DNA from: Mobula hypostoma
Lineage: Eukaryota
DNA length: 64,000 bases
Direction of reading: 5' to 3'
Assembly: GCF_963921235.1 (NCBI RefSeq)
Contig: NC_086097.1
Location: 195,426,001 to 195,490,000, forward strand
Shown here: positions 51,405-63,500 of the stretch, one piece after another
Position numbering within the stretch: position 1 is the first letter of the stretch
How the letters are laid out: every line of letters starts with the position of its first letter
Notes under the pieces: generated by a model
The model's input: only the letters and a program-made list of their open reading frames with translations
Told to the model about the DNA's origin: nothing
Database searches by the model: none
Program-made: the position numbers and the translations under genes

Positions 51405-51720
51405 TGATATGGAAGTTGGTTGGAGGGGAGTTATAGCCACATCCACCATCAAATTGCAGAAGGAGCTAGGGATCCATAGTCAGACTCTACGGCAAACTAC
51501 CAGAGCCACATCAGAGATTGCAGAAAGAAGCCATCACTGGCTTTGGATCAAGTGAAAAGATCTCTCCTGGGCTCCAAAACAGCGTCAGGAGAGTAGGAAG
51601 ACACAACAAGGTTGACTCTGGGATGCCAGAAGTCAGTGTCGAGCCCTCCGGAGATGTAGTGAGCTAATCAATGAAACATCATGGAAGGAATGTGCCCACT
51701 TGAAAGCCCCTACATGTCAA
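51405..51720 (+). mobile_element. Hero-like (restriction-like endonuclease) non-LTR element, 3' end
   Basis: MEVGWRGVIATST...AERSHHWLWIK resembles the Hero C-terminus; 3' UTR motif similar to 54960-55080 (minus). Confidence 0.65.
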
Positions 51721-51997
51721 CCCTGTGCCACTTCCAACATCAAGGCAGTCTTGAGCGAAGCTCACGAGGGATGTTAACATCTTATCCTGTGTTTTTTGAT
51801 TTCTTTCACTTCTGGATTTGCAGTTGATCTTTCATATACTTGGATTATTCTGTTTCCTTCCAATATAGGCAATGGAATTCTATAGATTTATATTATCTAT
51901 GTCACAATGATCATTCATTTGCTTCCATGTGTCAGTTGACCTTATGAAATGTACCAATATAGTTCTGATCAAGTTCTGAAAAGGTGTTTTATTTGTT

Positions 51998-52510
51998 ACC
52001 AGCACGTGGAGATGTCGGTGACTGAATGCTGCCGACTGGCTCACTCTCGTCTGCAGGAGTACGTGCTGAGGGATGCACTCAAGCTTGGTGCGGCCATCGC
52101 GAAGGCCCGGTGGGGAAGGACCACAGTTTAAGGTTCATCACCCGTAGGAGTGGGAGGGGTCGGGTGGGGAGGAGAATAACCCTCATCAGTGGTGTGGACA
52201 GATGATTCAACATGGTGCCCCAGGAGTGGGTGGAATTGTTAATTTGGAAAAGGAATTAGAGCCAATGCTTGCCTTTATTGTTGATAATTTTATTGTAAAT
52301 AAGTCTTAACTCTTGACCAAGGGTTGAGAGTAAACGAATGATTTATTGTAAACATCTTTCATTTGCATATGAACAGAGAGTCAACGCATAATTTTATTGT
52401 AAATAACTTTATTTACTGAATAAGGACTCAGGGTCAACAAACGGTTTTTTTATATGTATATAACTTTATTTTGTAATTCTTCGGAATAAACTATTTTTGG
52501 AGAAAAAAAA
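51998..52510 (+). mobile_element. Tx1-like LINE 3' end
   Basis: CpG-rich ORF end ECCRLAHSRLQEYVLRDALKLGAAIAKARWG, AT-rich 3' UTR, AATAAA and poly-A at about 52486-52510. Confidence 0.7.
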
Positions 52511-52606
52511 CAGAACTGAGTTGTCAGACTGCATACTAGTACAATGTGCAATATTAAATTAGCAGTGCTTTATATTTAATATAGAGTATACATACCCTAA
52601 AATTGG

Positions 52607-52864
52607 CTGGCTGGTGGCGCAATGGCATCAGCGCTGGACTCCGGAGCGAAGGCTCCTGAGTTCGAATCCTAGTCGGGCGACCCCCTGAGCACGCTTTCCA
52701 TCCGTGTCAGGTTGAGCATCGAGCTAGCCACCTGGCCTCGTAAAAAAAGGGTCAAGTCAGGAATGTTCACATCGTGACCAGGCTAATCCAAAAGCACACC
52801 AATTCTAACACCACATACCAGACAAGAATGGCTGACTGTCAGGTGCGACACGCAAAAAAAAAAA
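52607..52864 (+). mobile_element. Intact young tRNA-derived SINE
   Basis: A box TGGCGCAATGG, B box GAGTTCGAATC, A11 tail, perfect 11-bp TSD CCTAAAATTGG at 52596-52606 and 52865-52875. Confidence 0.93.
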
Positions 52865-53732
52865 CCTAAAATTGGACACAATTTCAAGAGGATATTAACA
52901 TTTGCACGGATATTATCGGTGACTTAATGACATTAAACATTATTTAACTTTGATGAACTATGTGTTAATTTTATGACGCTTGAGTAAAAGAAAACAAACT
53001 AAAGGAATCAGTTTACATATTGGTTCATAAATATATTTAATAAAATTGTGCCCTGCCTACTGGGTAGTACAAAAAAGGGAATCATCTTACTTTTCCTGGA
53101 GAAAGCTTAAAATGAGTTGTCTTGTATTCCTTAATACTGTGTACGGTGTATTTTTTGGAGATGTGTGAAAACTGATCCTGAGATAAATGATGTCATCACT
53201 GCAGCTCGTCAGATTGACCTGATTGCTAAGGTGTTTCTGGACCATTGTGGTTAATTGTTTACAACAGATCTTCAGCTATGAAGGAAGCAGGGCCCCAGAT
53301 ATATTACAAACTTCAGTATTTACAGTGATAAGATGAAGAACAGAAGAAGGAAGTTTCATTCCTAATATATCAGAAGTTGCTTCATGCAGATGTTAAACTC
53401 TACAGGGATGGGTTGTCCAAAGAAATAAATATCAGAAAAAAGTGGTCACAGGTTCCAAAGTTTAGATGTTTCAAAAGGGACAGGGAGAGAGATAAAGAGG
53501 TGGGGGCAGCGCATTACTAATCAGGGACAGCATCACGGCTGCAGAAAGGGAGACTCGTGGTTGGATCATTTACTGAGTCACTGTGGAAGTTAGAAACAGA
53601 AAAGGAACAATCAGTCTATTGGGAGTATTCTATAGACACCCACCCCCCCACCCCCCACCGACCCAACAATAACAATAGAGACACTGAGGAAAAGTTTGGG
53701 AGGCAGATTTTGGAAAGCTGCAAAAATAAAAG

Positions 53733-53868
53733 GCAAATAACAGGAATTCTGTAGATGCTGGAAATTCAAGCAACACACGTCAAAGTTGCTGGTGAGCGCA
53801 GCAGGCCAGGCAGCATCTCTAGGAAGAGGTACAGTCAACGTTTCAGGCCGAGACCCTTCGTCAGGACT
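53733..53868 (-). mobile_element. Penelope-derived mini-element with a hammerhead, inserted in CR1
   Basis: Matches about 58900-59032; ends exactly at the hammerhead helix I strand; no clear TSD. Confidence 0.88.
53833..53868 (-). ncRNA. Minimal hammerhead ribozyme motif (GUU site)
   Basis: AGTC-CTGACGA-AGGGTCTCGGCCT-GAAA-CGTT-GACT. Confidence 0.7.
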
Positions 53869-54959
53869 GTTGTTTTCATGGGTGACTTCAACTTCCTTAA
53901 TATTGACTGGTATCTCCTGAGTGCAAAAAATGTTAGGATTCCTGATACAATATAGATAGGCCAACCAGAGGAGAGGCCATACTGGATCTGGTTCTAGGCA
54001 ATAAAGCAGGTCAGGTGACTGCTTTCTCAGTGGGTGAGTATTTCAAAGACAGTGACCACAACTCCCTGACCTTTTTCATAGCCTTGGACCAGACAGTTTG
54101 GGAATGTATTTAATTAGAGGAGGGTAACTTGTGATGATATTAGAGAGAAACTTGGGGGTGTAAATTTGGAAGAGATGCACTCAGTGAAATGCTCCATGGC
54201 AACGTGGACGTTGTTTAGGGAACACCCGCGTGGGGTTCTGGATAGGTTTGTCCCATTGCAGCAGGGAAAGGATGATAGTGTGAAGGAACTGTGGTTGCCA
54301 AGAGATGTGGAACATTTAGTCAAGAAGAAATAAGGAGCACAATTAAGATTTTGGATGCAGGGATCAGGCTGGGCTCTAGAGAGTTACCAGGTAGCCAGGA
54401 AGGAGTTTAATAATGGATTTAGGAGAGCTAGAGGAGGAAAACCCCAAGGCATTCGACATGTAAGTGAATAACAAGGAATGATGAGAGTGATGACTGGACC
54501 AATCAAGGATAAAAGAGGAAATGTGCCTAGAGTCAGAGGAATTAGGGGATGTCCATAATGAATACTTTGCTTCAGTATTCATTAGTGAGAGGAACCTTGA
54601 TGAATGTGAAGTTAGTGTAAAAGAGGCCAATATATTGGAACATGTTGGTGTTAAGACAAATTGATGAAGATAGAGTGATGCTCTCATTCATGGTGAGATG
54701 TTACAGTACCCAGATTAACCTTCTCAGTTTGGAGTTGCTGAACCTTCATGACTGTGTACTTCCTCCTCCACTTCAAGGGAATGTTCTTCCATTGATGTGA
54801 CTGCTAACATAGGGCTGTAGAATTGCCAAGACCTTGGAAAATAGACACCAAAGCAAAATGACAGATATATTGAATATTACCAACATAAAGTGCATAACCC
54901 TCATTTGCCTTAGAACTTCAACGAATTTAATTTGTGTAACTTGTATCATACACCAGGTA

Positions 54960-56760
54960 CTCTTTTCAGTTATCTGGAGAGGTAACCGTAGCCTTTGGCC
55001 AAGGACGGATGTTGTCAGGTGGTGCCCAACCTTCGTAGTGTGTTTTAGCCCTTAACAACTACATTCTCCAGATGGCAAATCAGCAGTGGTGCTTTTGACT
55101 TCCAGCTCAACTCCTCTTGTATGATTCTTCCTCCATCCTGTGAGCTATTTGGTTCTTGCTCTTTTATCAAGGCCCAGTGCAGACAGAAACCTCCGTACTA
55201 ACCTTGCCAGGAACTCTCTTACAGCTGATCTCGATGGAGAATAGCCATGTATGCCATCCTTGTTCCTGCACTCCTGGATTAGGAACTGGTACTTCAGGGC
55301 CTTCCTCTCATGAGCCTCCTCACATCCTTCCTCCCATGGTACTGTGAGGTCCACCAGGATGATTTTCTTGTCTTCGGTGGACCACAGTATGATGTCTGAT
55401 TGAAGTGTGGTTTGCACCACCTCCAGGAACTGCAGCTTCCTCCCTACATTAACCCTCATCTCCCATGATTTGGCAATTTGCAGCAGATTGGATTTAGGCC
55501 TCTTTGATATGACTGGTATGGCCCTCTTCTTGATGAAAGTGACTGCCCTGTTTCCCTCTCTGCCAGCTGGTCTCTTTTTACATCTCTCCTGCTCCAATGT
55601 GTCAGCAGGATCTTGTCGTGGTGTCACCTGTACCGTCCTTGTGTTAAACTGTTCTTCGTCCTCACAGTATATGTGCCAGTGACCCTGACAACAAAGCTTG
55701 CTGTTAGGGTCCTCTCTCAGCCCCCATCTGTGCAGCTGTGGTGGTGTAGGGAGAGTGTCATACACAGACCTTAGAAGGAAAGAAATATAGAATGGCTCCA
55801 GTCTCCAAAGCTCTGCCCAAGTGATCTTGAACTTGGGAAGATCCCATTTCATCCAGATGCTCTAAGACTCCAACTCCACTGCCTTTAGTACCCGCCTTTC
55901 ATCTTCGCAGTTCTGTACCTCTGCCTGAACCATGTCATACCTATCCCTTGCATTTGCACTCCCCCATTGTTGGAAGTGTGCTGAGCCAAGGTCTTGCCGT
56001 CCCAGGCATGGTTTGCCGATGTCTCTCGATTGCAGGGAGCTCACTGGCTGAGTTGGCGGCCCACTTTCGGCCCGATCTTGTGACTCCTGCTTGGTTTATT
56101 AGCTTGTCATTGGAGACCTTCAGTGTTAACACAACTCTACACTTTGCCACCTTGAACTCCTTCACTACTGATGACAACAGGGGCTGTAGCTGGCCTGATC
56201 TTATATAGAGCCCCACTGAAGAAACACTTGGGGAATCTCCAGCCACCTCCACAGGTACTTGTTGGCTTTCCTCTCAATGCCGACTACAGTGATCATGGGG
56301 AACTTGTACACCATGAAAAGCCAGAGCAGCCTTGGTACAAGACCATGTCTTAAATTTACCAGTGAGTCCAGTTTTGTCGATCTTCTTCAGTCTGCTTTAC
56401 AGTGCCGGTAATGTTGGTGCTGTCCATCATTGGTGCAATAAACCACTCTCCAAGACACTCTACTGGGCTGTCCTCTGTGAATGGAATGACTTCTTGTACT
56501 TGAAGACTAGTAACGTTGCCCTTTTTGATCACCATGCATCTGGACTTCCTGGCCTTGAAGGTCATGCTAGCCAAGATAGCTATATTGTCCATAGTTTAAA
56601 TACTGATCTTGTTTGAACATGGGTTACAGTGGTTACTGTGATGTCATCCATGAATCCCCAAATTGCAGGTTGTCGGATGCCAGGCTCCAACACTGGGCCT
56701 CTGGTTACATCTGCTGCTGCTGATATGAGGAGGTTCATAATCATGACATACCCTTGTGTA
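54960..56760 (-). mobile_element. Hero-like non-LTR retrotransposon (RT end + RLE), 5'-truncated and decayed
   Basis: GFMDDITVT; ISFLLRSVYDTLPTP; SDIILWSTEDKKIILVDLTVPWEE...ERKALKY. Confidence 0.85.
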
Positions 56761-57675
56761 AATTATTTGAATGAGGAAATAGATTGTACTGCAGGGAGTT
56801 ATTAAAAGGAAATAAATGATTCCGTACATCAGTTCATCAGTTCTTTCCTTTATTTAGGTTCTGACTGTGACAATATCTGGAAGATGAGCCTGCTTTGGTT
56901 ATATTCAAATTGATTTGAGATTGTCACCTGATAGCTTGGACATAAACAGAAATACTTTGCAGAAAGAATTGTCATGTCAGCTAATGTTATTGATATTTGT
57001 AGCAGCAAAGCTCAGCGGGACTTGCACAGGTATAAAATCATTTTGTAGTGACGTCTTTTGCTTTGAGTCCATCTTGTATTTTTGTACCATGTTGATGAAT
57101 TTAATGCCTTGATACAAAATATTCCACAAGGAATTCCAATCGTAGAACACAGGGAAAATCAGTGGGTAGCAATCAGTGGAGACATGAAATAAATGGTGGA
57201 CTACAAAGACAGAATGACAGAATCTGGTGAGCTGTCATCGTGCATCTCAAGGCAGTGCATGATTTTGTCTGATGTTTACAACTCTCTGACTGCTAGAATT
57301 GTACTGTAATGTAAGCTTCCTGAAAATGTTGCTTTGTCATTCTGCTTTATGGTAGGAGCAGTGTTTATGTAAACAGCTGCAGATATTCAATCATTTTCTT
57401 CATTGTTGTGAAGACTATTCTGCTAAGTACTCCTGCTGGAAGGAAGGACTTAGATGCTGGTTGAAGATACAAAGAGTCCATTAGACTATGTTGGTAAATT
57501 TCCACCACAATACCTGTATAGTACAGTCCAGACAGTTTTCATGCTGATGATATTCAAATAGAGGTGACCATGACCTGATGCAGATGCTCCCAGTTGTTAC
57601 ATTGACACAGTTGTAGTTGACTCTAAAAAAACCCAATGTCATGTAGTCTCAAGGCTTAATATCATTCTCTAAGTT

Positions 57676-57813
57676 GCCAGTCTTGAGGGATCACAGCCCA
57701 AAACCTTGACTGTTTATTTCTCTCCATAGATGCTGCCTGACCTGCTGAGTACCCTTAGCAATGTGTATGTGTGCTTCTCTGGATTTCCAGAATCTGCAGA
57801 ATGACTCGTGTTT
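57676..57813 (+). mobile_element. Older Penelope-derived mini-element with a degenerate hammerhead at its 5' end
   Basis: AGTC...GACT helix at 57679-57711; diverged 15-bp TSD ATCATTCTCTAAGTT / ATTATTCTCTCAGTT. Confidence 0.72.
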
Positions 57814-58996
57814 ATTATTCTCTCAGTTATTGTCTTCTGCTTGGGCAAAGGGACTGTGGACTTAGTCTGGACAGCCACCTAAAAATATTCACGACATAAC
57901 TGATGTGCCCTGAGATCACTTCCAGAGAGGGCCAATCTTTACTGTTGTCAGTATCTTAGAATATTAGTATATTTTCATCATCTTCCTCTGTTGCCCCATG
58001 TCTCTCATGGGAATTTACAGCTCTGTGTGATATGTCCATGATTTGTAACTTCTAAATATAAACTAATCAAAATAAAAACACATCATTTTTACTTTAAGCA
58101 AGACATTAATGTATAATGTGGTAGCGTCGTGATGTATGCAATTCACTTATTTTTACATATAACTCCTAATGACTTATTTAAATAAATACAGAATGCTTTC
58201 CCAAACAATATATTTATAGTGTTGCTCAAATATTACTGAAATATTAAATGCACAATTCTCCCTGTTTTAGCTATAAACTCCTGCTTAGCTACATATATTT
58301 AAAATTTACTATGTTGTGGAATTATAGTTACATAAACACACTATATAGAATTCCACAGCATAGTATATTTTTAATTATCCCTTTCAGCCTAAAGATTTTA
58401 TCATGGTGGAGGATAACATATTTCCTGACAAGATCACTCTGTTTGGCATGTGAGACTTGCTGCTGTGAAACAATCTTAGGCTCTGGGGCCTCCTCCATAG
58501 TGGTTGAGGGAGTTGACTCTGAGACTGCAGGAAGTGGTTCTGACAGCTCAGGACACCTTTCTTCTGGACATGTTGGCATCCCGGACAGTGCACAACAAGC
58601 TTCACTGGATGATGTGGATCATAATGTGAGAGTACAGTGTCAGGCATCACTATTTCCTTTACTTTTGGAAAGCCACCTCACACTGCTCTGTCCATTGCTA
58701 TTTCTTCCTAATCTGGAGTATTGAGTTCAGCGGTGGAGCACAGCAGCCAGAATAGGCAAAAACCTGTAACAGTAATTGACAAATCCTAAAAAGGACCACA
58801 ACTGTGACATGTCCTTTGGCCTTGGGCATCGACAACTGCTTGAATTTTCTCAGTTGTGTAATCTTTGTGCATCGACGGAGTGACCACAGGCAGTGAGCAA
58901 CAAACAGGAATTCTGCAGATGCTGGAAATTCAAGCAACACACATCAAAGTTGCTGGTGAACGCAGCAGGCCAAGCAGCATCTGTAAGAAGAGGTGC

Positions 58997-59032
58997 AGTC
59001 GACGTTTCAGGCCGAGACCCTTCATCAGGACT
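58997..59032 (-). ncRNA. Minimal type I hammerhead ribozyme, canonical CUGAUGA core
   Basis: AGTC-CTGATGA-AGGGTCTCGGCCT-GAAA-CGTC-GACT. Confidence 0.8.
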
Positions 59033-59312
59033 AACTGAAGGAAGAGTGAGTAAGGGATTTGAAAGTTGGAGGGGGAGGGGGAGATCCAAAATGATAGGAG
59101 AAGACAGGAGGAGGAAGTGTAAGGGCATGTGTAGCACTTGTTCCGCTTACACGGATAAGTGCCAGGAGGGAGATCAGTGGGGAGGGATGGGGGGGACGAA
59201 TGGACAAGGGAGTTGTGTAGGGAGCGATCCCTGCGGAATGCAGGGGGGGGGAGGGAAAGATGTGCTTAGTGGTGGGATCCCGTTGGAGGTGGCGGAAGTT
59301 ACGGAGAATAAT

Positions 59313-59709
59313 TCATGCCCCTTACACATGCCCTTACACTTCCTCCCTTACCACCATTCAGGGCCCCAAACAGTCCTTCCAGGTGAGGCAACACTTCACC
59401 TGTGAGTCAACTGGGGTGATATACTGCGTCCGGTGCTCCCGATGTGGCCTTTTATATATTGGCGAGACCCGACGCAGACTGGGAGACCGCTTTGCTGAAC
59501 ATCTACGCTCTGTCCGCCAGAGAAAGCAGGATCTCCCAGTGGCCACACATTTTAATTCCACATCCCATTCCCATTCTGACATGTCTATCCACGGCCTCCT
59601 CTACTGTAAAGATGAAGCCACACTCAGGTTGGAGGAACAACACCTTATATTCCGTCTGGGTAGCCTCCAACCTGAGGGCATGAACATCGACTTCTCTAAC
59701 TTCCGCTAA
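59313..59709 (+). pseudogene. Penelope GIY-YIG endonuclease domain, intact frame but 5'-truncated
   Basis: GVIYCVRCSRCGLLYIGETRRRLGDRFAEH...PVATHF...LEEQHLIFRLGSLQPEGMN. Confidence 0.93.
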
Positions 59710-60004
59710 GGCCCCACCTCCCCCTCGTACCCCATCTGTTACTCATTTTTATGCACACATTCTTTCTCTCACTCTCCTTTTTCTCCCTCTGTCCCTCTGA
59801 GTATACCTCTTGCCCATCCTCTGGGTCCCCCTCCCCCTTGTCTTTCTTCCTGGACCTCCTGTCCCATGATCCTCTCGTATCCCCTTTTGCCTATCACCTG
59901 TCCAGCTCTTGGCTCTATCCCTCCCCCTCCTGTCTTCTCCTATCATTTTGGATCTCCCCCTCCTCCTCCAACTTTCAAATCCCTTACTCACTCTTCCTTC
60001 AGTT

Positions 60005-60040
60005 AGTCCTGACGAAGGGTCTCGGCCTGAAACGTCGACT
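60005..60040 (+). ncRNA. Minimal type I hammerhead ribozyme on the Penelope sense strand
   Basis: Helix I AGTC/GACT; CTGACGA at 60009-60015; helix II AGG/CCT; GAAA at 60029-60032; GUC site, predicted cut after 60036. Confidence 0.82.
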
Positions 60041-60502
60041 GCACCTCTTCCTACAGATGCTGCTTGGCCTGCTGCGTTCAACAGTCAGTGAGGCTTGGTT
60101 TAAGGAATTCACATTTGTTGTATTGTGTTCTGAGCCCATAATCTTCTCACCTTTTTAGCACTGTCTTAAGATTTTGGAGATATTCTTGTTATCCTTACCA
60201 GTATCAATAATGTCGTGCAGGTAACACTAAGTTCCTGGGTAAACTTGCAGTACCTGGTCCATAGCTTCCTGCCTGAGTGCAGGTGCAGGTGCTACTCCAA
60301 GACTAAGCCTATTATAGCAATTAATCCCTTTGTGAGTGTCTATGGTGAAAAACACTTCTTCCACCTCCATATCAATTAAGTCCGCTTTGCTGAAGTGTTT
60401 TTTTCTCCAGATGGATTTGTAAAGATGTCTTGTATACTGGACAAAGGTTTTAATCTACTTTCAGTACTGGTTGATGGTGACTTTAAAATCACCAGAGATT
60501 CT

Positions 60503-60577
60503 AGTCATAGTCATAGTCATACTTTATTAATCTCGGGGGAAATCGGTTTTCATTACAGTTGCTCCATAAATAGTTAA
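60503..60577 (-). mobile_element. 75-bp LINE 3'-tail insertion (Rex-like) within Gypsy pol
   Basis: Minus strand ...GATTTCCCCCGAGATTAATAAAG(TATGAC)3; TSD ATTCT at 60498-60502 and 60578-60582. Confidence 0.7.
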
Positions 60578-63500
60578 ATTCTGAGCCATAGCCATTGTTC
60601 TTGGCTATTAGAGACCACTGACATTGCCATGATCTCTATTCAGTCTTGGAAAGAATTCCTTCAGCTTCCATGCAATCTAGCTCACTGGCTACTTTATTAC
60701 AGATGGTATAAAGAACCAGACGGGCTTTGTAAAACTTGCGTGTATCATTTTCATTTAACACTATTTTACCCTTGATGTGTTTGAGTTTTCCACTACCATC
60801 CTTGAACACTGCAGTGGCATCATCCAGTACCTTTCTTAACTTGCGTTCCGTTGATTCTACTGCAGGGGATGTGGCATGCCAATTGTGGACAGCTCTCCAA
60901 TCAAGTTGTAGTTGTCTCAGCCAACTTCACCCCGCAAAGCTAGATCTCCTGTTTTTACCACATACAAGCCCAATATAGCTTGCTGGTTGTTGTATATCAC
61001 TGTTATGAATGTCATGTGTACAAGAGTTATCTTTTCTTCAGTTCTTAGTTGGATATTTGCAGGCTTCGTCCAGTATCTGCCACTCAAGCTCATTTTGTAA
61101 AATGACTGAAACAGCCAAGCCAGAGTCCAATTCCATTTTAGTTAACTTACCATTCACTTCTGGTGAAAGCCATTTTGCTCCTTGCTTGTTACTTTTCACA
61201 TTAATGCTAGCCAATCCTGTGTCACTCTCATCATTATCAGATTTATCATCAAAAGCAGGCAAATTAGTGCTCTTTCTGAAATTACAACTTGACTTTTTAT
61301 CTTTTTCTCTTCCCTGTGTTGTCTATTTATTTTTGTCTGCCCGACATGCTCTTTGTATATGTCTTACTTGGTTCCATTTTCTGCAAGTTTCACCTTTGAA
61401 TATGTATTGGTGTGGTGAATGTGAGCCCCTGCCAAAACGGTAACACAATTTGCTCAGTCAGGCAATCTCTGTATAGACATTGCATTTTCGTTCATGCTCA
61501 CTTTCATTCCTCAATATAACTCAATTGCATCTCTGTCTGCTGTTTTTGTTGACACAGCTATTTCAACTGTTCTTTTAAATGTAAGTTATGCTTCAGTTAG
61601 GAGCCATTTTTGAATGCTTTCTTGTAAGATACCACAAGCTAAACAATCTCTCAGTGGTTCACTAAGCCCAATACCAAACTGACTATGCTCAGACAATCTC
61701 TACAATTCAACCATGTACGCTGAAATGGCCTTTGCTTCCTTTTGATTCCACTTGTGAAACGTAAAGTATTCAGCAATCAATAATGGTTCTGTTTATAAAT
61801 GTTCCTACATTACTTTCATAATATCAGCAAAGTTCATTTCAGCTGGTTTGGTTGGATCAGTTAAGTTTCTAAGCAAACTGTATGCCTTTAAATCCAATGT
61901 GCTCAGCAAATTGGTACTTGTTTCCCATTAGCTATTCCATTTATTTTAAAATATTGCACAATTAGTAAAATATGTGAGTCATATTACTCAAATATTACTG
62001 AAGTATTAAATACACAACATCCCTCTTAATCCAAGATTTGCAGCTTGACCAGGACCCCCTAGAGGACTAACAAGCCCAGGCCTACATCCCTAATCACAGC
62101 TCTGTGTAAAGAGGACTTCTTACAGGAATCCAAGAACATTGAGTCAACAGTCTATTACTCAAAACTTCTGAGAAACAACAATCCTATCACAGCCAACTTA
62201 TCAAAGAGCGAAAGAAAGGTCATTCTCTTTGAATAGTGTCCCTAATAGAATAGCAAGTTGCAAACTGAAAAATATGGCATAATCCAGAGGCTCAATATTT
62301 AAACAAATGGTACACTTTCCCTCTACAGGCTGAGAAACCTGTACTTAGATGCACAGTTGAAGCCTAGCTTACAAAAGCTGACTGATCCCTTTCACCAATT
62401 ACTTGGAAATCTTCGTTTCCAGATATATAGCTGCAGGGAGCACCAGCATGTAGAACTGTTGCTCCATGTATACTCTTAAACGGTCCTTCTTTATGATTCT
62501 CTGGTTTTCACCCCTCTCCTCCAACTCCTGGACCACACAAAAAAAAACACCTTGACAAAGAAATGAGCTGTATGCTCAGGAACAGTTGATATTTGAGATC
62601 AAGTTTTACTTTTATGGCCTCTGCAGGCTTCTTGAGGATACAGCCAATTGGGTACCACTCTAAGTGGTACTGGTGATGGGCGTGGGAACATTGCGAGAAG
62701 CTGGTTCTTGTCAGTGGCCCAGTCCCTTTCTTAAGGCAAGCTGTATCAACTGTTTGATACATGTTCAAAGGGATGCTTCAAAGGAGAGAGTTTTATGGGG
62801 ATTTACATTATCTGTACACATTGTGAGCTCCAGCAGACTGTGTGTACAGACAAACCAACAAGGATATCAAAATCTGTACAAAGCATACAATATTGCAGGA
62901 TTGTAATGATCTACATGTTAAAACTGACTTTTATCAGATGGTGGATGAAAATGTTACAACATGCAATATAGTTTGCAGCTGCTTGAATTCAATTACCAGA
63001 CGATGTCTTTGATGTTTCACGGCCAATATTCTGCTGCCTAGGAGCCTTTATAATATAAAATACACACATTAACAAACATCGCACAAACAGCACAAAATAT
63101 TACCTATGTTAAATGTCAGTTTAGGAATAAATCTCGGCCATGAAAACTGGAGAATTTCAGTTGGTGCCATGGAACCTGCAACATCTACCCGAAGGACAGA
63201 CTTAACTCTCAGGAAAAAAAATCCTCCGACACATCACCATTTCCTTAGTTTAACAAAGAACTATCAGCGTAAGTTATGTTCAGTTATTGTTGCAGATCTT
63301 GACCCCAAAAGTATTCAGTTACTTTGTTTAATATTAGCACAATTCACAATTTCATAATCTACCTGAATTATCACAAAACATTTTTTGTCACACAGTTCTA
63401 GTAATGTTAATTTTCCTTAAATGTTTTTGATGAGCTATTGCATTTCCAAAAATGAACAGATGCTTAGTCTGCAGTAAACCAGTTTATCCTTAATACCAGG

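Larger units (their letters stand above)
53455..54680 (+). mobile_element. Degenerate CR1 endonuclease/linker fragment
   Basis: MGDFNFLNIDW, ILDLVLGN, DSDHN motifs. Confidence 0.8.
58898..60080 (+). mobile_element. Young Neptune-type Penelope-like element with an inverted 5' pseudo-LTR
   Basis: TSD ACAGGCAGTGAG / ACAGTCAGTGAG; GIY-YIG reading frame; about 58958-59113 is an inverted copy of 59925-60080. Confidence 0.93.
58034..62019 (-). mobile_element. Gypsy (Mag-like) LTR retrotransposon remnant, internally deleted
   Basis: gag (AYSLLRNLTDPTKPAEM), protease MELDSGLAVSVI, RT YLHD, SFLGFVNY; LTR sequence shared by about 58225-58254 and 61986-62019; polypurine tract at about 58255-58263; left boundary approximate. 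Confidence 0.88.

Noticed and set aside
52607..52680. tRNA gene
   Set aside because: A and B boxes continue into a SINE body with poly-A and TSD; no proper acceptor stem.
56858..57029. AG...GT bounded candidate exon
   Set aside because: Stops in all three frames; no other support.
62508..63357. Short ORFs and a 7-bp hairpin (GTACCAC/GTGGTAC)
   Set aside because: No motifs; sizes are within chance expectation.
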